Part shown: in pieces, positions 36,396 to 44,864 of the stretch | Layout: the number at the start of each line of letters is the position of its first letter | Numbering within the stretch: position 1 is the stretch's first letter | Virus record (IMG/VR): IMGVR_UViG_3300027976_000010 | DNA length: 56,778 bases | Strand: one strand, 5' to 3' | Source of the DNA: an uncultured virus (IMG/VR IMGVR_UViG_3300027976_000010) | Lineage: Duplodnaviria; Heunggongvirae; Uroviricota; Caudoviricetes | Position numbers and translations under genes: made by a program | Notes under the pieces: model-generated | Seen by the model: only the letters and a program-made list of their open reading frames with translations | The model's database searches: none | What the model was told of the DNA's origin: nothing

Positions 36396-36720
36396 CCCGA
36401 TTAGTCAGGTCGATGTTGAGGAAGAAATTCTTAGACTGCTCCAGTCGCTTGAAGACGAAACGGAAGCGTTTGAAACGCTTGCGGTCGATTCGGCAAAAAA
36501 AGAAGCAACATACAAGTCCAATTGGGCCAAATCATACCTCAGCGCAAAGGGTTCAATCCGAGAGCGAGAGGCATGGGCCGACTATCAGATGGGTGACGAG
36601 AACTACGATTACAAAATATCGGAGGGTCTTGTTCGGGCCAAACGCGAAAAGCTGTTATCTCTACGTACCGGCATAGACGCCCTTCGGACTCTCAATGCGA
36701 ACGTGAGGCATCAGGTATGA
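36385..36720 (+). CDS. Small coiled-coil phage protein
   Basis: GTG start overlapping the ruvC end; helical heptad pattern; stop overlaps the next ATG. Confidence 0.75.
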   Translation: MRNSPISQVDVEEEILRLLQSLEDETEAFETLAVDSAKKEATYKSNWAKSYLSAKGSIREREAWADYQMGDENYDYKISEGLVRAKREKLLSLRTGIDALRTLNANVRHQV

Positions 36721-37502
36721 CGACCGTGAACGGCATACACCCGTCGCTGGCGGAAATGGCCATTGACATTAACAAACTAATACCATTAGAAAAAAATCCA
36801 CGGCATGGAAATGTCACTGCGATTGCGGCGTCGTACGAGGAGTTTGGACAGCTGAAGCCAATCGTTGTCACGAAAAATGCGAATGACACATTTACGGTTA
36901 TCGCCGGCAACCACCAGTTACAGGCCGCAATAAAGCTCGGCTGGGACCAGATTGCGGCCGTGGTGGTTGATATTGACGACAGCAAGGCTGTTGCTTTCGC
37001 TTTGGCTGATAATAGAACAAGCGCACTGGGCGAAACGGATCAGTCATTATTGATTAGCATAATAAACGAACTAGCAGATACGAACAAAAGTTTATTTGAC
37101 AACCTTGGCTGGGACGAGTTTGAAATTGCGTCACTTTCTGTTGACGAAATCCGAAGTTCAAAAAATGATAATCGTTCCGGGTATGTGGCGCCTCCGGAAA
37201 TTAATCCGTTTAAACCCATTGATGATGCAACGCCCCATATTGAAATTGGTCAAAATAATGAAAATGTATACGTCGCATCTCCGGACGTGGATGAATCTGA
37301 TGCCGTCTCGCTTGGAAGCCCTGCTGTCGGTGTCCGCGGCGGAGAAAAAGCAGTAGTTCAATATACGCTAGTTTTTGACGATTCGTCTCAACAGCGCAAT
37401 TGGTATGACTTTATACGGTACCTTCGCGGTGATGTCGCCTATGTCGGAGATACAACCGCATCAAAGCTCATTGAGTTTATAAAAACGCACGCGGATTTCT
37501 AA
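36717..37502 (+). CDS. ParB/Srx N-terminal domain protein
   Basis: NPRHGN...FGQLKPIVV...VIAGNHQLQAAIKLGW...LADNRTS. Confidence 0.88.
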   Translation: MTTVNGIHPSLAEMAIDINKLIPLEKNPRHGNVTAIAASYEEFGQLKPIVVTKNANDTFTVIAGNHQLQAAIKLGWDQIAAVVVDIDDSKAVAFALADNRTSALGETDQSLLISIINELADTNKSLFDNLGWDEFEIASLSVDEIRSSKNDNRSGYVAPPEINPFKPIDDATPHIEIGQNNENVYVASPDVDESDAVSLGSPAVGVRGGEKAVVQYTLVFDDSSQQRNWYDFIRYLRGDVAYVGDTTASKLIEFIKTHADF

Positions 37503-38665
37503 TGCCGCGCCAGCGTATGTTTCTTGCTATGTCCTGCCTTGAAGCCGCGCGCCAACGAATGCGTCATATTTATGACACGTTTGACACCGTATGTATTCAG
37601 TTCTCCGGGGGCAAGGACAGTACGGCGATTTTGTACTTAGCAAAAGAAATTCACGAAGAACGAAACCTTGGGCCAGTAAAAGTTATTTTCCGAGATGAAG
37701 AAATGTTAAGTCCGACAATAGTGAAATTTGTTGAAGAGGTTAGGAATTACGATTGGGTTGATATGGAGTGGTATTGCCTTCCCCAGGGAACGGATGTATG
37801 GGTTCTTGGCCGGCGACAATATTGTCTATTGTGGTCGGCGGCCAGGGCAAAAGAGGGGCGACTAACTAGGGTAATGCCGAGTTGGGCAATAAGGGCCGAA
37901 GATTTTGGCCTAGATCCGGATAAGCCGATCAAGGAAACAATTGATTATTATACGATGCAAGGGAAACGAGGCAAGGTCGCATTCGTGTTAGGCGTGCGCG
38001 CGAACGAGTCGATGATTAGGTATCGCTCCCTTGTGCAGAAACTCCACGAGAACTACATCGTAATCCCGTATAGGTCAAAACGCAATATCCCGTTGCGGTT
38101 TGCTAAGCCGATCTATGATTGGACGACTGATGATGTTTTTAAATATATCACCGAAGAACATAATGCCCCATATTGCGAGTACTACGATTTGGCTGCCGCT
38201 ACAGGAAGTAATACCCGCGTCGGGATACCGTTACATGCCGTCGCAATTAGGCGAATAGGGGATGTGATCGCAACGGAGCCATCATTTTATGATGACCTGG
38301 TTGCGGTGTATCCCCACATAGATGCCCAGAGGAGGCTGTGGGCGGACTATGACATTGAGGCGGTCATAATGGGATATGCGCAGTCGGGGTGGGACGGCGT
38401 CAGGGATTGTATCGACGAAAATGTATTGACTCCAGGGCTCAAACAGCGGGCCCTTGCTTACGCGGGAGATTTCCGCAAAAAAAATGTTAAGGAGCCGAGA
38501 TCGTATCCGGTTCATTGGTTAATTCGCAATCTACTTCTTCACGAATTTATTGGCACATCCCCCCACCCAATTGGACCGGGGACCAGGGCTTACACGATCC
38601 AGATACAGGAAGCATCCGACCTTGCCGATATGGACTCCGTTGACATTATTGATGAGCGCCGATAG
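37502..38665 (+). CDS. PAPS-reductase-like PP-loop protein (IbrA-like)
   Basis: FSGGKDS, FRDEE, GVRANESMIR, KPIYDWTTDDVFKY. Confidence 0.88.
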   Translation: MPRQRMFLAMSCLEAARQRMRHIYDTFDTVCIQFSGGKDSTAILYLAKEIHEERNLGPVKVIFRDEEMLSPTIVKFVEEVRNYDWVDMEWYCLPQGTDVWVLGRRQYCLLWSAARAKEGRLTRVMPSWAIRAEDFGLDPDKPIKETIDYYTMQGKRGKVAFVLGVRANESMIRYRSLVQKLHENYIVIPYRSKRNIPLRFAKPIYDWTTDDVFKYITEEHNAPYCEYYDLAAATGSNTRVGIPLHAVAIRRIGDVIATEPSFYDDLVAVYPHIDAQRRLWADYDIEAVIMGYAQSGWDGVRDCIDENVLTPGLKQRALAYAGDFRKKNVKEPRSYPVHWLIRNLLLHEFIGTSPHPIGPGTRAYTIQIQEASDLADMDSVDIIDERR

Positions 38666-38677
38666 GATGATCGGATA

Positions 38678-39235
38678 ATGATAAATCTCATCGATTCCAG
38701 TAAACTCGTAAATTACAAATCAATAAGGCCCGCGCCGTGGCGCTCAACCCACACATTAAAGCCAGATCTAAAGGTACTGTCCGGTTCCCTGGGCGATATT
38801 GGGTGGGTATCCCCATTGATTGTCCAACTATCGACTGGTTACATTATCGACGGATTCCACCGATGGGTGTGCGCGCAGACGAATAAGCAAATTCTGGAGC
38901 GCGATGACGGGATGGTCCCGGTCATATTTTTTGACATAGATGAAATAGACTCAATCGTCATGCATCTGCGTTTGAACCGCGGGAGGGGGCAGATTGTGAC
39001 AAAACTAATGTCCAATGCAATTAGGACTATAATGTTTTCACGGAAATATACCGAAGATGAGCTTAAAGACCTATTAACAATCACAAATTCGGAAATGGGC
39101 GTGCTGGTCGATGGATCGGTCATAAAAGAGCGAAAAATCAAAGAGCACGTTTATTCTCGTGCGTGGGTGCCAATAGAAGCTGAGTCGCCGGCGGGTCAAC
39201 CGGTTCTTGAACGGCCACCCAACAAGGATCGCTAA
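38678..39235 (+). CDS. ParB-like protein (IbrB-like)
   Basis: GWVSPLIV...IIDGFHRW...RLNRGRG directly after the IbrA-like gene. Confidence 0.85.
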   Translation: MINLIDSSKLVNYKSIRPAPWRSTHTLKPDLKVLSGSLGDIGWVSPLIVQLSTGYIIDGFHRWVCAQTNKQILERDDGMVPVIFFDIDEIDSIVMHLRLNRGRGQIVTKLMSNAIRTIMFSRKYTEDELKDLLTITNSEMGVLVDGSVIKERKIKEHVYSRAWVPIEAESPAGQPVLERPPNKDR

Positions 39236-39298
39236 CCTGCTGGGTTTAAACGTGCTATTGGTGTAAAATACCAAGTAGCCATTGACCCGGAGGTCTTA

Positions 39299-39571
39299 AT
39301 GAATTTTCCTTCTGACGTAGAAGATGAGGAGCTTGTTGCCGAAGCTGTAGATCTCATCCCCGAAAGACGACTGACCGGAACGGGTCTTGCGGTTATCCCA
39401 AGACCGGCATCACAAAGGCGCCCTTCTTGGTGGAGAAGGGCCACGGCCTATGCGGTTAGGCGGCTCGCTGATCGGTTGCAATTCGGTCAGGGCAGAAGAG
39501 AAAGAACTGCGCCTGGCGAAGGCCGAACCTTGGCGGCGGAGGCAAGAAGAAGACTACTCGGCAGAGGTTAG
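39299..39571 (+). CDS. Small protein with acidic N-terminus and Arg-rich C-terminus
   Basis: GGAGG ribosome-binding site just upstream of the ATG; ends 8 nt before the connector gene. Confidence 0.7.
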   Translation: MNFPSDVEDEELVAEAVDLIPERRLTGTGLAVIPRPASQRRPSWWRRATAYAVRRLADRLQFGQGRRERTAPGEGRTLAAEARRRLLGRG

Positions 39572-39579
39572 GCACAATT

Positions 39580-40434
39580 ATGCTCGTCTCACTCGCTGAG
39601 CTAAAAACGTTTATGGATATATCCCTGACGGCACGTCAAGAAGACGCCGCCGAGATGGTCCTGGCTGGATTACAGAGTGAATTGGAATCATTTTTAAATC
39701 GGCCCGTACAACCAACTACCGTCACCGAAGAGCATGTTATCCCGAGTCATTCCGCCGGCATTCCGGGAACAACATTTATGTACAACATCAGCCTGGATAC
39801 ATCGGGGAATTTGCCAAATTTCATCACCCCAAGTCACATGATCTCTTTGCGCAACTCACCAGTAATCAGCGTTTTAAGCGTTTCGGTTGCCGGTTCCGTG
39901 CGGGAGAATCTCTTTCTCGCAGAATCGATTCGCAAGGTAGCGACGGTCACGGAAGCGTCCAAGGTTGATGACTCAATTGTTTTTACAGCGGACAATTCAT
40001 TTACCATAGGTCAGTATGTGCGGATTACTAGTGCCCTTCCAACGCAATACAATATCCAAAATCTACAGATAACATCAGTGTCGGCAACAACATTCACCGT
40101 CGCTTATACCGCGTCTATCGACGCATACATATCGGGCGGAGCGGCGATTGCCACCGGTAGCGACTACACCGTGCATCGTTACGGCGTTGAAATTTTTGCC
40201 GGCTATCCAAATGAGATTGTCACGGTTAATTATTCCGGCGGACTAGATGGAGATGGGATAAAGGTTTTTAAAATTATGGTACTTAGGGCTGCCACGCGGG
40301 AAATTCAAAACATGCACGACGATACTGTTGGAATGAAAGATTTAACTACGCGAAATGTCGCCCCCCTGGAAACTGGGTTTTTAGAAAAAGAATTAATAGC
40401 GATGCGCAAATACCGCAGACGAAGGATTTCGTAG
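39580..40434 (+). CDS. Head-tail connector/adaptor protein
   Basis: N-terminal LVSLAELKTFM...ELESFLNR, LRNSPVISVLSV, VTVNYSGG and C-terminal RKYRRRRI; first gene of the neck/tail block. Confidence 0.8.
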   Translation: MLVSLAELKTFMDISLTARQEDAAEMVLAGLQSELESFLNRPVQPTTVTEEHVIPSHSAGIPGTTFMYNISLDTSGNLPNFITPSHMISLRNSPVISVLSVSVAGSVRENLFLAESIRKVATVTEASKVDDSIVFTADNSFTIGQYVRITSALPTQYNIQNLQITSVSATTFTVAYTASIDAYISGGAAIATGSDYTVHRYGVEIFAGYPNEIVTVNYSGGLDGDGIKVFKIMVLRAATREIQNMHDDTVGMKDLTTRNVAPLETGFLEKELIAMRKYRRRRIS

Positions 40435-40435
40435 C

Positions 40436-41047
40436 ATGTATAGATTCACAAGGGGTGACGATATGACTGTCTCTCTTAGTTCCAATTTAAATAAGGCAAG
40501 TTGGACAAAGGTGATGGTGGAAATTAAAGGAACAGAACAATCAATCAGAATGTCTGGATTCGGCAAATCGCCCGGACAGGCCTACGATGTTGACTTTGAT
40601 CCAGATTTCGCAGCCATATATACGGCTATGGGCAAAATGCTCGCAAAGGCCGAAACAATAACTCCTCTGTTTCCTTCTTTCAGCGCTTATATCAGAACAT
40701 CAAATGCCGCAAACTTTGCAACGAACGGACTTCCGGTTGGGGGATGGCGACCATTAAGCCCTGCTTATGGAGCGTGGAAATTGGCCCACGGATTCCCCGT
40801 TCCCATGGTTATAACGGGAAAATTATTGAGCAGTCTTACCGTCGGGCTGGTAGATATTCCGCGATCCTCAACGTCAATTGTTTTTAGGGGGGCGCCTGTT
40901 AAGTATGCAAAATTTCACCAGTACGGCACAAGGCATATGCCCGCTCGCCAAATAGTTTTTGAGCCAGCTGGCTTTGGGGAGTTTGCTGCGGGTCTTATCG
41001 GCAAATGGATTGTCGGATTTGAAAAAGATGAATTTGGGGTCGGCTGA
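40436..41047 (+). CDS. Virion morphogenesis / tail completion protein (Mu gpG/P2 gpS-like)
   Basis: WRPLSPAY...TGKLLSSL...YAKFHQYGTRHMPARQ. Confidence 0.82.
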   Translation: MYRFTRGDDMTVSLSSNLNKASWTKVMVEIKGTEQSIRMSGFGKSPGQAYDVDFDPDFAAIYTAMGKMLAKAETITPLFPSFSAYIRTSNAANFATNGLPVGGWRPLSPAYGAWKLAHGFPVPMVITGKLLSSLTVGLVDIPRSSTSIVFRGAPVKYAKFHQYGTRHMPARQIVFEPAGFGEFAAGLIGKWIVGFEKDEFGVG

Positions 41048-41691
41048 TGCCCGTTGTAATTACTGAGGCAATGTATGGCCCGCAGTTCGCGAAACAGTTT
41101 GTCAATGATTTTTTACGGATCGACATCCCTCTCCGACTGAATAGATATAGAAATGCGTGGGGGGTTAGTTCTTCCGAACTTCCAGACTTTGAAGAAATTA
41201 TCGGCTACGAACCCCTTGTCCTTGATAGGTGGCCGACAATAGTAACCGTTGCTATATCTACAAAAAAATTAACTAGGTCCGGTCATAGCGCCACCGGGGA
41301 TCCCGAATATTTTGTGAATTATGGAATGAGGACATATGTCTGGGCTCGGGCTGACGGACCAGAGGCGACCACGATTATGAGAGATCGTCTCACCGTTGTC
41401 GTCAGATCGGCCCTTCTCGATCACCCATGCCTGCAGCGGGCCAATCCGATGCGGGATGCCGTTATCGACGAGTCCTCGGTAAGTGAGGAGTATTCAGAAC
41501 TGACCCTACTCAAGGGTGACCGATTTTTGGCCGGGGCGTATATTTCGTATGATTTAAGAATAGAAGAACCAGTAATGCGTGAGCCAATCGCCGAACTTGA
41601 GGAAATCAGGTTCTTTATAAACCAAAAAAATCTAGAGGAATCGTTACTGGCGGATTCTGACGTCCTGGCGGCCGTTGTCACATTTCCCTAA
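41047..41691 (+). CDS. Probable tail terminator / neck protein
   Basis: Position between the morphogenesis gene and the sheath; WPTIVTV and alternating beta-strand pattern. The call is mainly syntenic. Confidence 0.6.
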   Translation: MPVVITEAMYGPQFAKQFVNDFLRIDIPLRLNRYRNAWGVSSSELPDFEEIIGYEPLVLDRWPTIVTVAISTKKLTRSGHSATGDPEYFVNYGMRTYVWARADGPEATTIMRDRLTVVVRSALLDHPCLQRANPMRDAVIDESSVSEEYSELTLLKGDRFLAGAYISYDLRIEEPVMREPIAELEEIRFFINQKNLEESLLADSDVLAAVVTFP

Positions 41692-41700
41692 TCTGGCCAT

Positions 41701-42027
41701 ATGCTTTTCTATACCCTGACTGGGGTTGTCTTGCAATTGCCGGCTGAATTCAGTAATTTGATACAGGTGCAGAATGTCTCTTCTCGTATTTTGGAGATTT
41801 CCGAGATTGGTAGACATCTGGCCCCTGGGGCTGTATGTCTCATTGAGCCGTCGGACAGGGTCGGAATGGCGGCGGTTTCTAGCGGTCTGGCGATTATTAT
41901 CCCATTTTCCGAAGGAGATTACCTTTCCGACATAAGGCCGGTGCTTAAAAGGAAACTGAACGCCTATGTGCCGTTTGTCGGCAGCGGTATAGGGCATTCG
42001 TCACCGGGCTGCTGTCCGGTGGTGTAA
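41701..42027 (+). CDS. Hypothetical protein
   Basis: ATG 9 nt after the previous stop; function unknown. Confidence 0.5.
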   Translation: MLFYTLTGVVLQLPAEFSNLIQVQNVSSRILEISEIGRHLAPGAVCLIEPSDRVGMAAVSSGLAIIIPFSEGDYLSDIRPVLKRKLNAYVPFVGSGIGHSSPGCCPVV

Positions 42028-42066
42028 ACTTGTTTAGCCAATAGGACACAATCAACAAAAAAAAAA

Positions 42067-42103
42067 TTGGTTGCTAAATAAACCCATTGCATAATGGTAT
42101 TAT
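42067..42103 (+). promoter_or_regulatory. Candidate promoter for the sheath/tube operon
   Basis: TTGGTT-17-CATAAT and an overlapping extended -10 TGgTATTAT after an A-tract. Confidence 0.45.
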
Positions 42104-42154
42104 CGTTTTGGCTGAACTCCTCGCTTAACTACGAGGAAAATGGAGGAAATTAAA

Positions 42155-43606
42155 ATGCCCGGTATCGTACTCACAACAGCAACTGCAACTGGCCCATCTG
42201 GCACAACTGCAAATCCAACATCGGCCCTATTCGTCGCTGGACAAACAGAAAAGGGCCCACAGGGCGGAGCGTTGCTGGTTTCAAGCCTTGCCGACTACAT
42301 CCTGCTTTATGGGAACTCCATCTCAACGGCGTACACATACGAAACGGTTGAAACATTTTTCCAAGAGGGCGGAACACGTTGCTTCATCTCAAGGGCAATC
42401 CCGGATGATGCCGTTTCCGCTTCGTCTTCGTTGGTGGATAGCGTCGCCTTAGAGGCACTTAAGTTGCTGGCGTCCGGCGAGGGCACATGGGCAAACACCC
42501 AGCTGACCGCATCTGTTGTAAATTCCACAACGTCATTTAAAGTTAAAGTAAAAAGTAATACAGTAATTGTTTACAGTAGCCCGGCATTCACGACTGTTGC
42601 CCAGGCCGTATCCGAAATAAATAGCTCAGCGCAGGCACGAATCTATGTTTCTGCCGTACCCGGCGCATCCGCCCTACTGCCAGCAACCGTAACGGATCAA
42701 GTATTCGCCGGTGGTGACGATGGAGCTGTAACAATGGACGCAGGCGACGTGGTTGAAGCAATCGCGGTTTTTGGGTCAGTAACAGGGCCGGGCGCCGTTT
42801 GTGCACCGGGTATGTATGACGACACCGTCTATGACGCATTGATTGCACACGCAAAGTCCATGAATAGAGTTGCGTTGCTCGGCTTTGGACAAGACGAAAC
42901 ATCAAGCGGCGCTATAGCCAAAGCGGATGAGTATCAGGAAACAGCTGGTGCGGACGGGGCAGCCTGGTTTTATCCATGGGTAAAAATACCACGCGGCGAG
43001 ATTAGTATTAGTGTTCCGTGTGAGGGCTATGTGGCAGGCAAGAGAGCTAAGCAACATAACCAGGTCGGCTCTTGGGCCGCATACGCCGGGATAAAGACAC
43101 AGGCTCAATTTGTTAGCGGAGTGGAGTATGCAATTGGTTCGGCTGCCGGTAATCTTCTTGACGCCGGAAACGTCAATCCAATTAGATTGATAGCCGGTGG
43201 TGTCAGGATATACGGAGCGCGTTCGGCATCCTCAGATAACGCAAATTACCGATACATAAACGCCAGAGAGACACTGAATTACATTGTTACGCAGGCGGAA
43301 CTGAAACTTGAGTCGCTGGTTTTTTCGGTCATTGACGGAAGACAATCTTTATTCGGCGAAGTGCAGGCCGTCCTGGTCTCCCTACTCGATCCGCTATCAA
43401 CATCTGGTGGTCTTTTCTCAGCGTACGATTTAAATGGCAAATTTATTGATCCCGGTTATAAGGTCAATGTTTCTGATGCAATTAATCCGCTGTCACAGTT
43501 AGCCACTGGCGTGGTTAAGGCAAAGGTTAGCTGTCGCGTTTCTTCCATCGGAGATACGATAGAAGTTGAAATAACCAAATCAAACCTAGTTTCAACACTC
43601 GGTTAA
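42155..43606 (+). CDS. Contractile tail sheath protein
   Basis: MPGI start after GGAGG; FVAGQTEKGP, FFQEGGTRCFISR, GTWAN, WFYPWVK, VNPIR, IYGARS, YRYINAR. Confidence 0.92.
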   Translation: MPGIVLTTATATGPSGTTANPTSALFVAGQTEKGPQGGALLVSSLADYILLYGNSISTAYTYETVETFFQEGGTRCFISRAIPDDAVSASSSLVDSVALEALKLLASGEGTWANTQLTASVVNSTTSFKVKVKSNTVIVYSSPAFTTVAQAVSEINSSAQARIYVSAVPGASALLPATVTDQVFAGGDDGAVTMDAGDVVEAIAVFGSVTGPGAVCAPGMYDDTVYDALIAHAKSMNRVALLGFGQDETSSGAIAKADEYQETAGADGAAWFYPWVKIPRGEISISVPCEGYVAGKRAKQHNQVGSWAAYAGIKTQAQFVSGVEYAIGSAAGNLLDAGNVNPIRLIAGGVRIYGARSASSDNANYRYINARETLNYIVTQAELKLESLVFSVIDGRQSLFGEVQAVLVSLLDPLSTSGGLFSAYDLNGKFIDPGYKVNVSDAINPLSQLATGVVKAKVSCRVSSIGDTIEVEITKSNLVSTLG

Positions 43607-43622
43607 ACGGAGGACATAGGCA

Positions 43623-44078
43623 ATGGGACTGAAATTCGCGCAAAGACAACTACTGGCAAAAATCAAGCCAGTACTAGAAGGTGTCCATCCTGATTTAACT
43701 GGCTATTTTGCCCAGGTATCTGGCGGTGAAATAACCGCGGCCGTTGAAAAGCTTTATGTCGGTGGTCAACAATTCCCGGAATTATTGTGTGCGCCGGCTG
43801 AAACTGGCGATATCACAATGACTCGTCACTATGACAAGGATTTGGATGTGACACATCTCGGAAACTTGCGGACTCTTGTCGGCAGGGCTTTTTACGACAT
43901 CACGATTTTTAGACTGAATTGCGATATCGCGTCGGGGGTTCCAGATCGTTCCTACTCGGGGGCATTGCTAGTCGGCCTAACCGAGCCAGATGGCGATTCT
44001 TCCTCGGGCGCCCCGGCAACGTTTGCGTTGACATTTGCCATCAATGGCAGGGCCGCACCAGTAGCGTTCGGTATTTAG
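43623..44078 (+). CDS. Tail tube protein
   Basis: Follows the sheath; GGAGG ribosome-binding site; FAQVSGGE...GDITMTR...PDGDSSS pattern of T4 gp19-like tubes. Confidence 0.82.
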   Translation: MGLKFAQRQLLAKIKPVLEGVHPDLTGYFAQVSGGEITAAVEKLYVGGQQFPELLCAPAETGDITMTRHYDKDLDVTHLGNLRTLVGRAFYDITIFRLNCDIASGVPDRSYSGALLVGLTEPDGDSSSGAPATFALTFAINGRAAPVAFGI

Positions 44079-44081
44079 CTA

Positions 44082-44103
44082 AAACCGGCATGAAAGCCGG
44101 TTT
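44082..44103 (+). terminator. Terminator-like hairpin after the tube gene
   Basis: aaaccggc-atgaaa-gccggttt perfect 8-bp stem. Confidence 0.6.
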
Positions 44104-44151
44104 GTAGTAGGCTGACGAGTTACGCCGTCCCTGCTATGTGTATGCTAGGTT

Positions 44152-44655
44152 ATGCCAATGGCCCAAAACAACGAAACCCCATCAGTAACATCCGCCCCCG
44201 TCGAGACAGAGGATTCAATCCTCAAGCAATTGAAACAAGTGATTGCGCGAAAAGTTGAACGACATGATGTTTTCATTGACGTTCCGGAGCGTTCGGGAGT
44301 AAAGCTCCTCGTGTCCCCGAATGTCACGCAGCAACAGCTGCGCGCATGGCAAAAACAAAATGGCGGAGACAGCCCAAAGGGCATGGATTCAACGCGGTTC
44401 GCATGCACCGTAGTCGGACAGACGACAAAGGGAATTTTCTTTAACGGGAACGAAGCACAGGACGACGGATGGCCACTGACTTTTGCCTCTGCGTCCGTTC
44501 TTGAAATGACGGGAACCGTCAAGGCAATTCCCGATTGTGTTCAAAAATTCTTTGGCCTGGATGCTCACGTTGAGGCCGCGGCGCTGGCGATTATTGAAGC
44601 GTGCGGTTTTGGTGACACGATCACGGCCGAGAGTTCAGAAAACCCTACGAAGTAG
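44152..44655 (+). CDS. Tail assembly chaperone (short form)
   Basis: Lies between tube and tape measure; ends ENPTK over the slippery heptamer A AAC CCT. Confidence 0.8.
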   Translation: MPMAQNNETPSVTSAPVETEDSILKQLKQVIARKVERHDVFIDVPERSGVKLLVSPNVTQQQLRAWQKQNGGDSPKGMDSTRFACTVVGQTTKGIFFNGNEAQDDGWPLTFASASVLEMTGTVKAIPDCVQKFFGLDAHVEAAALAIIEACGFGDTITAESSENPTK

Positions 44656-44831
44656 CAATTGAAGAGCTGACCGAAGATCCGCGGGTTATTGCGGCGGCCA
44701 GGCTCGGAGAATTGTGGGGTACCGACCCAATTCGGATCCTTGATTCAACCACCGATGAGTGGATAATTCGTTACGCCTGTGCTAAAGTAATAGAGGCTGA
44801 TCGCCACAAGCAGGAGGCGGATAACCGCTAA
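44640..44831 (+). CDS. Tail assembly chaperone C-terminal extension reached by a -1 ribosomal frameshift
   Basis: The -1 frame is open for 63 codons from AAACCCT (44640-44646) to TAA at 44829-44831 and has no ATG: PYEVAIEELTEDPRVIAAARLGELWGTDP... Confidence 0.75.
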   Translation, partial: KPYEVAIEELTEDPRVIAAARLGELWGTDPIRILDSTTDEWIIRYACAKVIEADRHKQEADNR

Positions 44832-44864
44832 TAACAAGGCCATTCAGCGGGGCGAGAGGTTCAC

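Noticed and set aside
42057..42066. A10 homopolymer as a phase-variation tract
   Set aside because: It is intergenic and upstream of the putative -35, so an UP-like element is a simpler explanation; there is no evidence of length variation.
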